Source: an uncultured Candidatus Cloacimonadota bacterium
GTDB taxonomy: Bacteria; Cloacimonadota; Cloacimonadia; JGIOTU-2
DNA length: 34,109 nt
NCBI GenBank assembly: GCA_964447485.1
Contig: CAYUTH010000004.1
Span: forward strand, 1 to 34,109
Reading direction: 5' to 3'
Of the stretch, positions 17,984 to 26,737 are shown piece by piece. The notes under the pieces are model-generated. The model was not told the origin of the DNA. It ran no database searches and worked only from the letters and a program-made list of their open reading frames with translations. The position numbers and the translations under genes were made by a program. The first letter of the stretch is position 1; every line of letters begins with the position of its first letter.

Positions 17984-18858
17984 ACTTTCCTCCTGTGAGA
18001 AATCCAATCAGCAAGAAGGTTAAATCCAAGGGTGATGAAGAATAGGACAAGTGCAATAGCAAACAGCGCATGATAGTGCAAACTTCCCATTGGCGCTTCT
18101 CCCATTTCTGCAGCGATCGTTGCTGTCATTGTTCGTACTGGATCGAAAATAGAATGAGGTATTTGTGCAGCACCTCCAGCCACCATAAGCACAGTCATTG
18201 TTTCCCCTATTGCCCTCCCTAAACCGAGAATGATACTGGCAATAATTCCTGAAGAAGCAGCTGGTACGACTGACTTCGTGATCGTTTCCCACTTTGTAGC
18301 TCCCAATGCAAATGATGCTTCTCTAAGTGAACGTGGGACTGAAGAAATTGCATCTTCTGCGATGCTCGCTACCGTCGGCAGAGCCATCATGCCTAAAATT
18401 ATTGAAGCGGTAAAAGCATTTAAGCCGATAGGCACATGGAATACTTTTTGAACCAAAGGCGCTAAAAAGACCATCCCGAAAAGTCCATAGATCACCGAGG
18501 GCACACTCGCCAGCAATTCTACTGTTGGTTTGAGAAATTCCTTTATCTTGTGCGGCGCAACCTCAGAAATATAAATTGCGGTACCCACTCCAAGGGGAAC
18601 TGCGATTAAAAATGTTCCGAGAGTTACTACCAATGTGCCAACGATCAGGGGTAATATTCCGAGTTCCGGCGGATAACATGTCGGATACCAGTGTGTGCCA
18701 AACAGAAATTTAATAAAATTATACTGCTTGAGAAGAGGGAGACTTTCTGTGAATAATGTGATCGTGATGCCGCAAAGAAAGAATATCGACACCAAGGCAC
18801 TTATCAACAGGATCGGTCTAATAAATTTCTCTTTCATCCTTCTACTTTCTTCATTCAA
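17980..18858 (-). CDS. pstC: phosphate ABC transporter permease PstC
   Basis: EAA loop REASFALGATKWETITKSVVP. The start is uncertain: TTG at 18858 or ATG at 18837. Confidence 0.88.
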   Translation of the reverse strand: MNEESRRMKEKFIRPILLISALVSIFFLCGITITLFTESLPLLKQYNFIKFLFGTHWYPTCYPPELGILPLIVGTLVVTLGTFLIAVPLGVGTAIYISEVAPHKIKEFLKPTVELLASVPSVIYGLFGMVFLAPLVQKVFHVPIGLNAFTASIILGMMALPTVASIAEDAISSVPRSLREASFALGATKWETITKSVVPAASSGIIASIILGLGRAIGETMTVLMVAGGAAQIPHSIFDPVRTMTATIAAEMGEAPMGSLHYHALFAIALVLFFITLGFNLLADWISHRRKV

Positions 18859-18863
18859 TTGAA

Positions 18864-18886
18864 AGGGCGAGATATTCTCTCGCCCT
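18864..18886 (-). promoter_or_regulatory. intercistronic GC-rich hairpin between pstS and pstC
   Basis: Perfect 9-bp stem AGGGCGAGA/TCTCGCCCT with a 5-nt loop. Only a short U tract follows on the minus strand. Confidence 0.6.
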
Positions 18887-18914
18887 ATGGTGGGAAACCA
18901 TCTTATCGCATTAT

Positions 18915-19748
18915 TTATCTAAGAGGCACAAAACCGAGATCTCCGACAATACCCTGGCCTTCTGCAGACCAGATGAAATCAAGATATTGCTTTGCAAGCC
19001 CTTTAGGGTTGCCGTTTGTATACATATAAAGGGGACGGGCGAGTTTGTATGCACCGGAATTAACCGTTGCATTATTGGGCATAACCCCACCGACCTTAAG
19101 TGCTTTTACTGCATCAGAAAGATAGCCGAGACCAACGTATCCGATTGAGCCGGGAGTCTGGCTGACTGTTTGTGCAACAGCATTGTTGGATGCAAGGACA
19201 ACTGCATCTTCACGAACTTTTCCTCCACCAAGTGCAAGTTCATTAAACACTTCGTAGGTACCGGATGAGTTATCTCGCGAAATCACAACAATAGGTCCTG
19301 GAACTCCGCCAAGATCTTTCCAGTTACTTATCTCACCAGTAAAAATAGCCGCGATTTGAGGAATCGTTATTTCGCTTATTCCATTTCCGGGATTTACGAT
19401 AACTGCAATTCCGTCTTTAGCAACAACATTTCCAACAGGATTGATGCCTTTTTCGCGAGCAGCTTTGAATTCTTTTGTTTTAATAGAACGGGATGCATCT
19501 GCTATCTGAACTGTTCCATCGAGAAGGGCTGCGATACCAACGCTTGAACCACCGCCGCGAACTGAAATATTCACATCAGAATGTTTGTCCATAAATACTT
19601 CTGCTGATTTTTGAGCAATAGGAAGCACTGTTGTTGAACCGGTAATGGTCAAAGTGCCTGTATCTTTTTTTGCCCATGGCCACGTGAAAGCAAACATAGA
19701 ACTACAGATGAAGACAAATAATGTTAATAATACGAGTATCTTTTTCAT
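18915..19748 (-). CDS. pstS: phosphate ABC transporter substrate-binding protein PstS
   Basis: Signal peptide, then TITGSTTVLPIAQK, GGGSSVGIAAL and IADASR (PBP-like_2/PstS pattern). SD AAGGAG lies upstream. Confidence 0.9.
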   Translation of the reverse strand: MKKILVLLTLFVFICSSMFAFTWPWAKKDTGTLTITGSTTVLPIAQKSAEVFMDKHSDVNISVRGGGSSVGIAALLDGTVQIADASRSIKTKEFKAAREKGINPVGNVVAKDGIAVIVNPGNGISEITIPQIAAIFTGEISNWKDLGGVPGPIVVISRDNSSGTYEVFNELALGGGKVREDAVVLASNNAVAQTVSQTPGSIGYVGLGYLSDAVKALKVGGVMPNNATVNSGAYKLARPLYMYTNGNPKGLAKQYLDFIWSAEGQGIVGDLGFVPLR

Positions 19749-19767
19749 ATTTTTTTCTCCTTATTAA

Positions 19768-20778
19768 TTAAAATTTAGGGGTTTTAAAAGTCCAATTGAG
19801 TTGCGCATAGACTTTTTTGGTATCTTCAGATTTGCTGCTTTCGTATGAGATGTTTTCATAGTTAGCTTGGAGCACAACATTACTGGCACAATTCCAATTT
19901 ATACCTGCAATCATAATGTTCTGCTTATCATTGTCCTGGTCGGTATTTGGATCCCACTGATCATAACGGAATACAAATTCAAAGTTTGGGAAGAGTTTGA
20001 TAATTGGCATAACCATGAAACCGGCACTCTTTGTCTCGCAACTTGTTTTGGTTTCATCGGTGTAGTTCTTCATGATGTATTCTGCCCAGATGTCGATAGG
20101 ACCGAATACAAAACGACCAACACCGGCATAGGCATTCATTTTATCATAAGGTTCAGAGGTTCCGACCTTATTGGCAATGATTGCAGAACCACCAACAGTA
20201 ATACCTGGAATTGGTGTGACTCGAACATTTCCAACAAATGCAGGATATTTATTCACATCGTTGCCTGTCTTTTTGTAACCTTCTCCATTATATAGAGCAA
20301 GTGCATATTCACCTAATCCACCGGGAATCAAACCGGATACGCCAAGACCATAATCAGTAGATGAGCAAATTTTGTAGAGGTCAGAAGGGTCTTTCTCAAC
20401 AGTGATGTAACTCCAGTCATAAATCGTTCCGAAATAGGTCTTCATCAAACCCGCTGTAAAGACAGCGTCCTGAATCGGGATGAGTTTTTTAAAATCAAGG
20501 TATGCATACTTGATCTTCAAACCAGCACCATCAAGACCGTCTTCATCAGAAAAAAAGTCCACATTGAATCGTCCAAAAACAGAACTGCTGAAATTGTGAC
20601 TCAAACGCAGGTATCCTCTTGCAAGAGAGAATTGATCTTCAGTAACTTCATCACCAGACTTCACATAAGTCCATCTGTTCCAAACTGTCATTTCGATTTG
20701 GGTATCTGATGCGATCAGTAAACTTGCACCGATAACCATAATTAACATAAAAGCGACTAAAAATTTAACTTTAGCCAT
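19768..20778 (-). CDS. outer-membrane beta-barrel porin, probably phosphate-selective (Porin O/P-like)
   Basis: Signal peptide, alternating beta-strand pattern and C-terminal Phe (TFKTPKF). YALALYNGEGYKKTG...VGNVRVTP resembles the Porin_O_P motif. It lies immediately upstream of pstS and behind a Pho box. Confidence 0.6.
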   Translation of the reverse strand: MAKVKFLVAFMLIMVIGASLLIASDTQIEMTVWNRWTYVKSGDEVTEDQFSLARGYLRLSHNFSSSVFGRFNVDFFSDEDGLDGAGLKIKYAYLDFKKLIPIQDAVFTAGLMKTYFGTIYDWSYITVEKDPSDLYKICSSTDYGLGVSGLIPGGLGEYALALYNGEGYKKTGNDVNKYPAFVGNVRVTPIPGITVGGSAIIANKVGTSEPYDKMNAYAGVGRFVFGPIDIWAEYIMKNYTDETKTSCETKSAGFMVMPIIKLFPNFEFVFRYDQWDPNTDQDNDKQNIMIAGINWNCASNVVLQANYENISYESSKSEDTKKVYAQLNWTFKTPKF

Positions 20779-20840
20779 ATTAACTCCTTTTGTTTCTTCA
20801 TTACCCTTTGGGTTTTTTATATGAAATTTTACGATTGGAG

Positions 20841-20879
20841 CATTAATAATTTATAAGTATTATGTTAATTCTATGTTAA
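20841..20879 (-). promoter_or_regulatory. Pho box: four hexamers at 11-bp spacing upstream of porin-pstSCAB-phoU
   Basis: The minus strand reads TTAACAtagaaTTAACAtaataCTTATAaattaTTAATG. Nine nt later comes TAAAAT (20831-20826) as a -10 element. No -35 hexamer is present, as expected for activator-dependent Pho promoters. Confidence 0.55.
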
Positions 20880-20905
20880 GATATATTTATAGGATTGATT
20901 CTAAA

Positions 20906-21400
20906 TTATTGTAAACTAATTCCCAACTTCCTCAAGCGCCGTAATCCCTTTTCTTTCAGCTGTCGCACCCTCTCCCTTGGTATTCGGAGTTTCGCGCCTA
21001 TTTCTCCCAGATCATATGATCCCTTCCCATCTAAACCATAAAGTAGATTCAAAACTTTCTTTTCCATTTCCGGAAAGGATTCTGGAAAGACTACAGTCTC
21101 TTCACATTCTATATCTTCAGATACTTCTCTCTTGTTATGCAAAAGTTCGTCATCAAACTGAACGGCATCGTGCGAGGTTTTGTGCTCTTTGCTTACCGCT
21201 TCGAGAATGCATTTTTTTATCCAATAAGTAGCATAGGTGCTGAACTTGGCACCTTTGTCAGGATCGAATCTCTTCCATGCTTCCCATAATCCGATCGTCC
21301 CCTCCTGAACAAGGTCTTCATACAGAATTCCTACATGCGAATATTTTAATGCAACGCTTTTTACTAACGGTATATATTTTTCAATTGTTTCCTTATCCAT
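20906..21400 (-). CDS. minimal sigma-70 family RNA polymerase sigma factor (regions 2 and 4 only)
   Basis: Region 2: LVQEGTIGLWEAWKRFDPDKGAKFSTYATYWIKKCI, RpoD-like. Region 4: EMEKKVLNLLYGLDG...LGEIGAKLRIPRERVRQLKEKGLRRLRK. 164 aa. The ATG lies 3 nt after the phoR stop. Confidence 0.8.
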   Translation of the reverse strand: MDKETIEKYIPLVKSVALKYSHVGILYEDLVQEGTIGLWEAWKRFDPDKGAKFSTYATYWIKKCILEAVSKEHKTSHDAVQFDDELLHNKREVSEDIECEETVVFPESFPEMEKKVLNLLYGLDGKGSYDLGEIGAKLRIPRERVRQLKEKGLRRLRKLGISLQ

Positions 21401-21403
21401 TGT

Positions 21404-23173
21404 TTATCTATAAGGGATGGTGACAATAAATTTCGTTCCGTGTCCGGGTTTGCTTTCCACGCGTATATCACCATTATGCGCCAGCACGATATGCTTTACG
21501 ATCGAAAGCCCGAGACCGGTTCCGCCGAGTTGCCGTGAACGTGATTTATCGACAACATAGAATCGCTCAAATATGCGTGGTAAATTTTCAGCAGGAATTC
21601 CCGATCCGTTATCCGTGATTTCAATTATGATATTGCTTTCTTTCCTTGAAATGTTTATCGTAATTTTGCCGTTCTTATCAGTATAAGTAACTGCATTATC
21701 CAGAAGATTGATCATGAGTTGCTCTATAAGAAAAGGATCTGCGAGAAAACCAGTAATGGAATTATCAAAGTCGAAGGTTATATCTATATTCTTCTCGTCA
21801 AATTTTTTCTGCTCAATTAAGAGTGAGTTTTCAATCAGCTTTTCCAGATCAAACTTCTGCATGGAAATATTATCCCGTTTCTTTTCTAAACTTGATAACA
21901 CAAGGAGGTCTGAGACAATATTTATCAATCTATCGGTATTTGTTCTTATGATCTTTATAAACCTTTTATGAACAGAATCCACCTCTTCTTCCAATGTTTC
22001 TGCAAAACCCTTGATTGCAGTCAATGGAGTTTTCAGCTCGTGTGCAACATTCGCCACAAAATCCGATTTCATCTCTTCCAGGCGTTTCAGTTCAGTAATA
22101 TCATGCATCACAACGATAATGCGCTTTTCCGGAATTCCAAGTATGATCGAACCGCTCGTTAAATAAATTTTGTTCCCAATCTCGATTTCTTTTGTTACCA
22201 CACTATTATGCTCGACCACTTTTTTTATAAGTCTCTCGAAAGCATCCTGCCTTAAGTATTCCCAGTATCGTTTGCCGATTAACTGCTCTTGATCCTTGCC
22301 CACAATTTTTGAGAAATTCTTATTAGTCGTAATAATTGTTCCATCCGGATTAAGGACAACAAGAGCTTCAACCATGGAAGAAAGTATTGTTTTAAGTTCC
22401 TCCTGTTCCTGGTTGAGTGACAAAAAATATTTCTCAAGTTCTCTTGCCATTTCATTAAGAGAATCCGCGAGCATGCCAAGTTCGTCACTTCTTCTTATAG
22501 AGAGGCGTGTCTTAAAATCACCGTCTTTAATGCGGTGAGCAGCGTTCGCAATATCACGTATTGGCTTTGTATTTGCTTGTGTGGTATAGATAGAGAATGC
22601 CAATGCGAGAAATGTTATCACTATTGTAATACCCAAAATATCTTTCGTGATCGCACGTATACTTCGACGTATATTTTCGATAAATGAACTTGTACGAACC
22701 ACACCGATGACCGTATTATTATACACAATGGGGACTGCAACATAGAGCATTTCTTTCTGCAGGGTTTCGCTATAACGCACACTTTCCCCGAATCCAATCT
22801 GCAGAGCGCCCAGTATCTCCGGACGTTTACTATGGTCTTCCATAAGATGAGGATCCTCTTCGGAATCTCCCAGAACAGTGCCGTCACTTTTGATTATTGT
22901 ACACCGAACACCAAGCTCCTGTCCAAGCTGTCGTACGGTCGATTTGATCTGCGTGTAATCTTGTTCAACAACAAGAGGTCCGATAAATTTTTCTATGAGC
23001 TGAGCGTAATTTTCTAAGGTATTTTGCAGGTTCTGAATGTAGTTATTTTTTATCTCTTTCGACGCAAAATAAACGATCAATCCCGCAGTGAGCACAATAA
23101 TAACAAAAAATCTGAGAAACTGCTTCCACATTAATGAGAAGTTTTTCATTTCACTTTTCAAATTTGTAGCCAA
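21404..23173 (-). CDS. phoR: phosphate-regulon sensor histidine kinase (PhoR-like: TM-sensor-TM-HAMP-PAS-HisKA-HATPase)
   Basis: H box FVANVAHELKTPLTAIKGF, N box LLDNAVTY, and G boxes DNGSGIP and GGTGLGLSIVKHIV. A HAMP-like segment follows the second TM helix. An alternative start at 23149 lies 1 nt after the phoB stop. Confidence 0.85.
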   Translation of the reverse strand: MATNLKSEMKNFSLMWKQFLRFFVIIVLTAGLIVYFASKEIKNNYIQNLQNTLENYAQLIEKFIGPLVVEQDYTQIKSTVRQLGQELGVRCTIIKSDGTVLGDSEEDPHLMEDHSKRPEILGALQIGFGESVRYSETLQKEMLYVAVPIVYNNTVIGVVRTSSFIENIRRSIRAITKDILGITIVITFLALAFSIYTTQANTKPIRDIANAAHRIKDGDFKTRLSIRRSDELGMLADSLNEMARELEKYFLSLNQEQEELKTILSSMVEALVVLNPDGTIITTNKNFSKIVGKDQEQLIGKRYWEYLRQDAFERLIKKVVEHNSVVTKEIEIGNKIYLTSGSIILGIPEKRIIVVMHDITELKRLEEMKSDFVANVAHELKTPLTAIKGFAETLEEEVDSVHKRFIKIIRTNTDRLINIVSDLLVLSSLEKKRDNISMQKFDLEKLIENSLLIEQKKFDEKNIDITFDFDNSITGFLADPFLIEQLMINLLDNAVTYTDKNGKITINISRKESNIIIEITDNGSGIPAENLPRIFERFYVVDKSRSRQLGGTGLGLSIVKHIVLAHNGDIRVESKPGHGTKFIVTIPYR

Positions 23174-23840
23174 CTCCGCGAATCGACTTTATTCTTTCAC
23201 CCAGATCGCCCAGTTTTTTTCTCAGTTTCTGAATATGTACGTCTATCGTTCTGTCGAGCACGATCTTATCCTCTCCCCATAGCATGTCGAGAAGCTTGTT
23301 CCTTGAATATACCCAGCCCGGGCGTGAAGCAAGGATAGTGAGTATGTTGAATTCAGTCGTGGTCAGATCGATCAGGTTTCCTTTTATTCGAGCTTCGTAT
23401 TTGTCGAGATCCAGAACCATATCCCGATACTCGATAAGTTTTGATGCTTCTTCTGTACTCTTTTGCCTGCTTCTTCTCAGCACAGCCTTCACACGAGCAA
23501 CAAGTTCTCTTGGGCTGAATGGTTTTACCACATAATCATCTGCTCCCATTTCAAGTCCGACTATCTTATCGATTTCTGTGCCCTTTGCCGTGAGCATGAT
23601 AATGGGAATATTTTTATACTCTTCAGATGCCCTTATCTTTCTGCATATCTCTAATCCGTCTATAGAAGGGAGCATAAGATCCAGTATGACCAGGTCCGGG
23701 ATCGTATTATGGAGATATGTGAGAAAAGACTCTCCATCATAAAAGGTATCAGTATGATATTTTTCCTTTTCCAGATGGTATTTAATAAGTTCAACTATAT
23801 CCGGCTCGTCATCGACAATACTGATAATCTTTTTACTCAT
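23151..23840 (-). CDS. phoB: OmpR-family phosphate regulon response regulator
   Basis: Receiver domain IVDDEPDI...DLVILDLMLP...LTAK, followed by a winged-helix output domain LTTTEFNIL...RTIDVHIQKLRKKL...IKSIRGVGYKF. I chose the ATG at 23840 (MSKKIISIVDD; ATGAGTAA overlap with the upstream stop) over the track start at 23945. Confidence 0.88.
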   Translation of the reverse strand: MSKKIISIVDDEPDIVELIKYHLEKEKYHTDTFYDGESFLTYLHNTIPDLVILDLMLPSIDGLEICRKIRASEEYKNIPIIMLTAKGTEIDKIVGLEMGADDYVVKPFSPRELVARVKAVLRRSRQKSTEEASKLIEYRDMVLDLDKYEARIKGNLIDLTTTEFNILTILASRPGWVYSRNKLLDMLWGEDKIVLDRTIDVHIQKLRKKLGDLGERIKSIRGVGYKFEK

Positions 23841-24528
23841 TCTCCGTTTTCTTTTCATATTTTGTGGTAACACTTTCCGGCATGAAACGCACCTTCTCAA
23901 ATGGTTGTACCAGCGATGTCGCAATATTGAGAAGATGTGCTGCAATTCTTTTCAGGTAACGAATATATAGTGCAGCAATTACAGCTGTCTGCACATTCAT
24001 GCCAATATCTTCTGTAATGAGTCTACGAAGTAATACCTCGCATCTTCCCGTAAGTTTTTTATTTATCACAGATTCTGCTGCTTCTTTATCATATTCCTCA
24101 AAAGCCTGACTCACCACATCAAAAAGATGTTCTATCTCGGATTCAATCTCCGTGAGTTCATTTTCAAGAACACCTGCTTCCAATTTTTCATGAACTCCTC
24201 TTGCAAGTTCGAGAATATTGGTCGTATAATCGCCGACTCTCTCGATGTCTATCACAATTCCGATAAGAGTTATTGCTCCGGGTGTATCCATTGTGCCGGA
24301 AGCCGAGAGATGTATTAACACTTTCTTGCGTACGGCGCGTTCTGCTTTATCTACTTTTCTTTCCTCATAGAAAATATCGACATCAGGGTGTGGGATTTCT
24401 CTCCCGCGCAGTTTTGCACTGGCATTATCGAACATATTATTTGCCCGGTTAAGCATGCCACAGGCATCCTGGTGCGCCTCTTTATAGAGATTACTTTTTT
24501 TGAATAGTGTAATTAATTCTTTTAGCAT
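23833..24528 (-). CDS. PhoU-domain protein associated with the Na/Pi cotransporter
   Basis: 231 aa with PhoU-like helical repeats: EERKVDKAERAVRKK and VIDIERVGDYTTNI. It lies directly downstream of the NptA-type transporter. Confidence 0.7.
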   Translation of the reverse strand: MLKELITLFKKSNLYKEAHQDACGMLNRANNMFDNASAKLRGREIPHPDVDIFYEERKVDKAERAVRKKVLIHLSASGTMDTPGAITLIGIVIDIERVGDYTTNILELARGVHEKLEAGVLENELTEIESEIEHLFDVVSQAFEEYDKEAAESVINKKLTGRCEVLLRRLITEDIGMNVQTAVIAALYIRYLKRIAAHLLNIATSLVQPFEKVRFMPESVTTKYEKKTENE

Positions 24529-24556
24529 TTTTACCTCGAATACGGGTATTAACCAA

Positions 24557-25717
24557 TTATTTCATAATAAGCAGTAAAAGTATCGGTATGACAAAAAATA
24601 TCAACGCGATAAATAATATTGGATATAATTTGCTTTTCATTGTCAAATTTGAAGCTGCCAGCGCGATCTTGATTGGGATCATTCTCACGGGTTTAAAAGG
24701 GAGGATGATAATCATTCCAAGCACATTAAATGTGAAATGAGATATCGCAACAACAAGTGCAGCAGGTGAGCACGTTGCCATGGCTGCCAATAAAGTAGTC
24801 ACAGTCGTTCCTATATTTGCACCTACAGTATAGGGGAAAACTTGGTAGATATTCACTATGCCTGCACCTGCCAGCGGGATCATAATTGAAGTCGTGATCG
24901 AACTGCTTTGAACAATTGCAGTCAAAACAAGACCGAGTAGCAGCGCAAGAACACCATTCCGGAATATATAGTCAGAGAAGAACTGCTCTACCTTTCCTAT
25001 AACCAGCTGGCGTATCACTTTTACCATAAATCTCAACGCAACAAATAGGAATACCAGAGCCAATACGAGAATCAATATCTGGGCAATGGTCGGGGGAAAT
25101 ATCTTTTGCAATAGTCCCGGTGAAGCACTGGCAAATTTTGAATTATACAGAAATCCAACAATGGGTTTTGTTATTAATCCAAGGGGACTTTTGAACTCTG
25201 CACCTTGAATATTTGCATGCAGGAGCAATGAACCCAGCTTAAGAGATATCTTTTCTATAACCCCGAAATATATTTCTAATGGCAGCAAAATAATAACTGC
25301 CATAATATTGAATATATCGTGCACAATCGCACAACTATACGCTCTCTTGAACTCATCTGTTCTCGAGATATGTCCGAGAGATACAAGCGTATTTGTAATA
25401 GTCGTTCCGATATTTGCTCCCATGATGATCGGGATCGCTATGCGTATGGAATCTGGGCCGAGAATATTACTGGCAACGAGTCCTACAACGATAGAAGTCG
25501 TAGTGGATGAACTCTGCACAATGCTGGTGGCTAAAATTCCTATGAGTAATCCCATTATCGGATTGCTTACGCTTTTAATAAGATTTTCAGACAAGTCCTG
25601 AAAACCTTTAAAACCCTCTCCCATCATGACGATGCTAAGAAAGAATAGATAAATAAGGAAGATCAACAGGAGGATCTTATAAATTTTGTGCAGGGTAGTG
25701 TCAGATTGATCCGGCAT
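24557..25717 (-). CDS. Na+/phosphate cotransporter (NptA / type II Na-Pi family)
   Basis: Polytopic protein with a duplicated signature: VQSSSTTTSIVVGL...GANIGTTITNTL and VQSSSITTSIMIPL...GANIGTTVTTLL. Confidence 0.85.
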   Translation of the reverse strand: MPDQSDTTLHKIYKILLLIFLIYLFFLSIVMMGEGFKGFQDLSENLIKSVSNPIMGLLIGILATSIVQSSSTTTSIVVGLVASNILGPDSIRIAIPIIMGANIGTTITNTLVSLGHISRTDEFKRAYSCAIVHDIFNIMAVIILLPLEIYFGVIEKISLKLGSLLLHANIQGAEFKSPLGLITKPIVGFLYNSKFASASPGLLQKIFPPTIAQILILVLALVFLFVALRFMVKVIRQLVIGKVEQFFSDYIFRNGVLALLLGLVLTAIVQSSSITTSIMIPLAGAGIVNIYQVFPYTVGANIGTTVTTLLAAMATCSPAALVVAISHFTFNVLGMIIILPFKPVRMIPIKIALAASNLTMKSKLYPILFIALIFFVIPILLLLIMK

Positions 25718-25729
25718 TGCGTATTCCTG

Positions 25730-26737
25730 TTAGCAGATTCGAGGTGTTTGCTCTCGTGAAAGAAGGGGTAATATCCTTTTTGCTCCGATGAATGTTTTCA
25801 AAAATAATTTTGGTTCAGCAGATTTTTCTATAACACGACCAATTATTTGTGCATTTTTCCCCAAAGGTTCACTGTGCAATATTTTCAGTATTTTTTCTGC
25901 TTGATCTGCCGGTGAGATTATGACAGCTCTGCCTTCGCATGCCATATAAAGAGGATCAATTCCTAAAGCATCACAAACTCCTGACACGCTGTTTTTGATG
26001 GGCAATTTCTCTTCTTCGAGTTCAATGTTCACTTTTGATGAACCTGCGATCTCATTAAGTATGGATGCAAGTCCTCCCCGTGTAGGATCACGTAAGGCGT
26101 GAATGACCACTCCATTCTCTAAAAGAGCTCTGATAAGGTGGGCAACATTAGCGCAGTCAGATTTCAAAGAAGACTCGAATCCATTTCTGTATGCCATGAT
26201 CGATGCTCCATGATCACCAACATCTCCGGTAATAATAACTACATCCCCCGGCTTTGCATTCTTTGAAGAGATAGTTTCAGTTGTTAAAATTCCATATCCC
26301 GCTGTATTGATAAATATCTTATCTATCTTGCCTTTGCTCACGATCTTGGTATCTCCCGCAATAATAGATATGTTCCCCTTTTTTGTCTCATCTCTTATAG
26401 AAATAAGGATTTTTTTAAGATCCTTAAAGCTAAATCCTTCTTCGATCATCAACGATAAAGTAATATATTTAGGGATCGCACCTACCATTGCAAGGTCATT
26501 AGTAGTACCACAGATAGCCAGTTTTCCTATGTTTCCGCCAGGGAAGAAAATAGGATCAATGGTATAACTGTCAGTTGTGATTGCTGCCTTGCCTTCAGTT
26601 GTGTCCAGGACTCCGCTGTCCTCCCCATGGTTTATTACAACATCACTGAGTGTTTCATATATCAGTTCTAAAAGCTTCTGGCTCTGTTTACCGCCGCTTC
26701 CATGAGAGAGAAGAATAGTAGTATCTTTGTTCATCAT
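25730..26737 (-). CDS. hypE: [NiFe]-hydrogenase maturation protein HypE
   Basis: AIR-synthase-like fold motifs HGSGG and DPTRGGLA, plus the diagnostic C-terminus PRIC. Confidence 0.92.
   Translation of the reverse strand: MMNKDTTILLSHGSGGKQSQKLLELIYETLSDVVINHGEDSGVLDTTEGKAAITTDSYTIDPIFFPGGNIGKLAICGTTNDLAMVGAIPKYITLSLMIEEGFSFKDLKKILISIRDETKKGNISIIAGDTKIVSKGKIDKIFINTAGYGILTTETISSKNAKPGDVVIITGDVGDHGASIMAYRNGFESSLKSDCANVAHLIRALLENGVVIHALRDPTRGGLASILNEIAGSSKVNIELEEEKLPIKNSVSGVCDALGIDPLYMACEGRAVIISPADQAEKILKILHSEPLGKNAQIIGRVIEKSAEPKLFLKTFIGAKRILPLLSREQTPRIC

Noticed and set aside
25718-25900. A Pho box inside the 3' end of hypE that could drive the Na/Pi transporter.
   Set aside because: Only isolated near-matches occur on the plus strand (TGTTAG at 25729-25734, TGTTTT at 25793-25798), with no 11-bp phasing.
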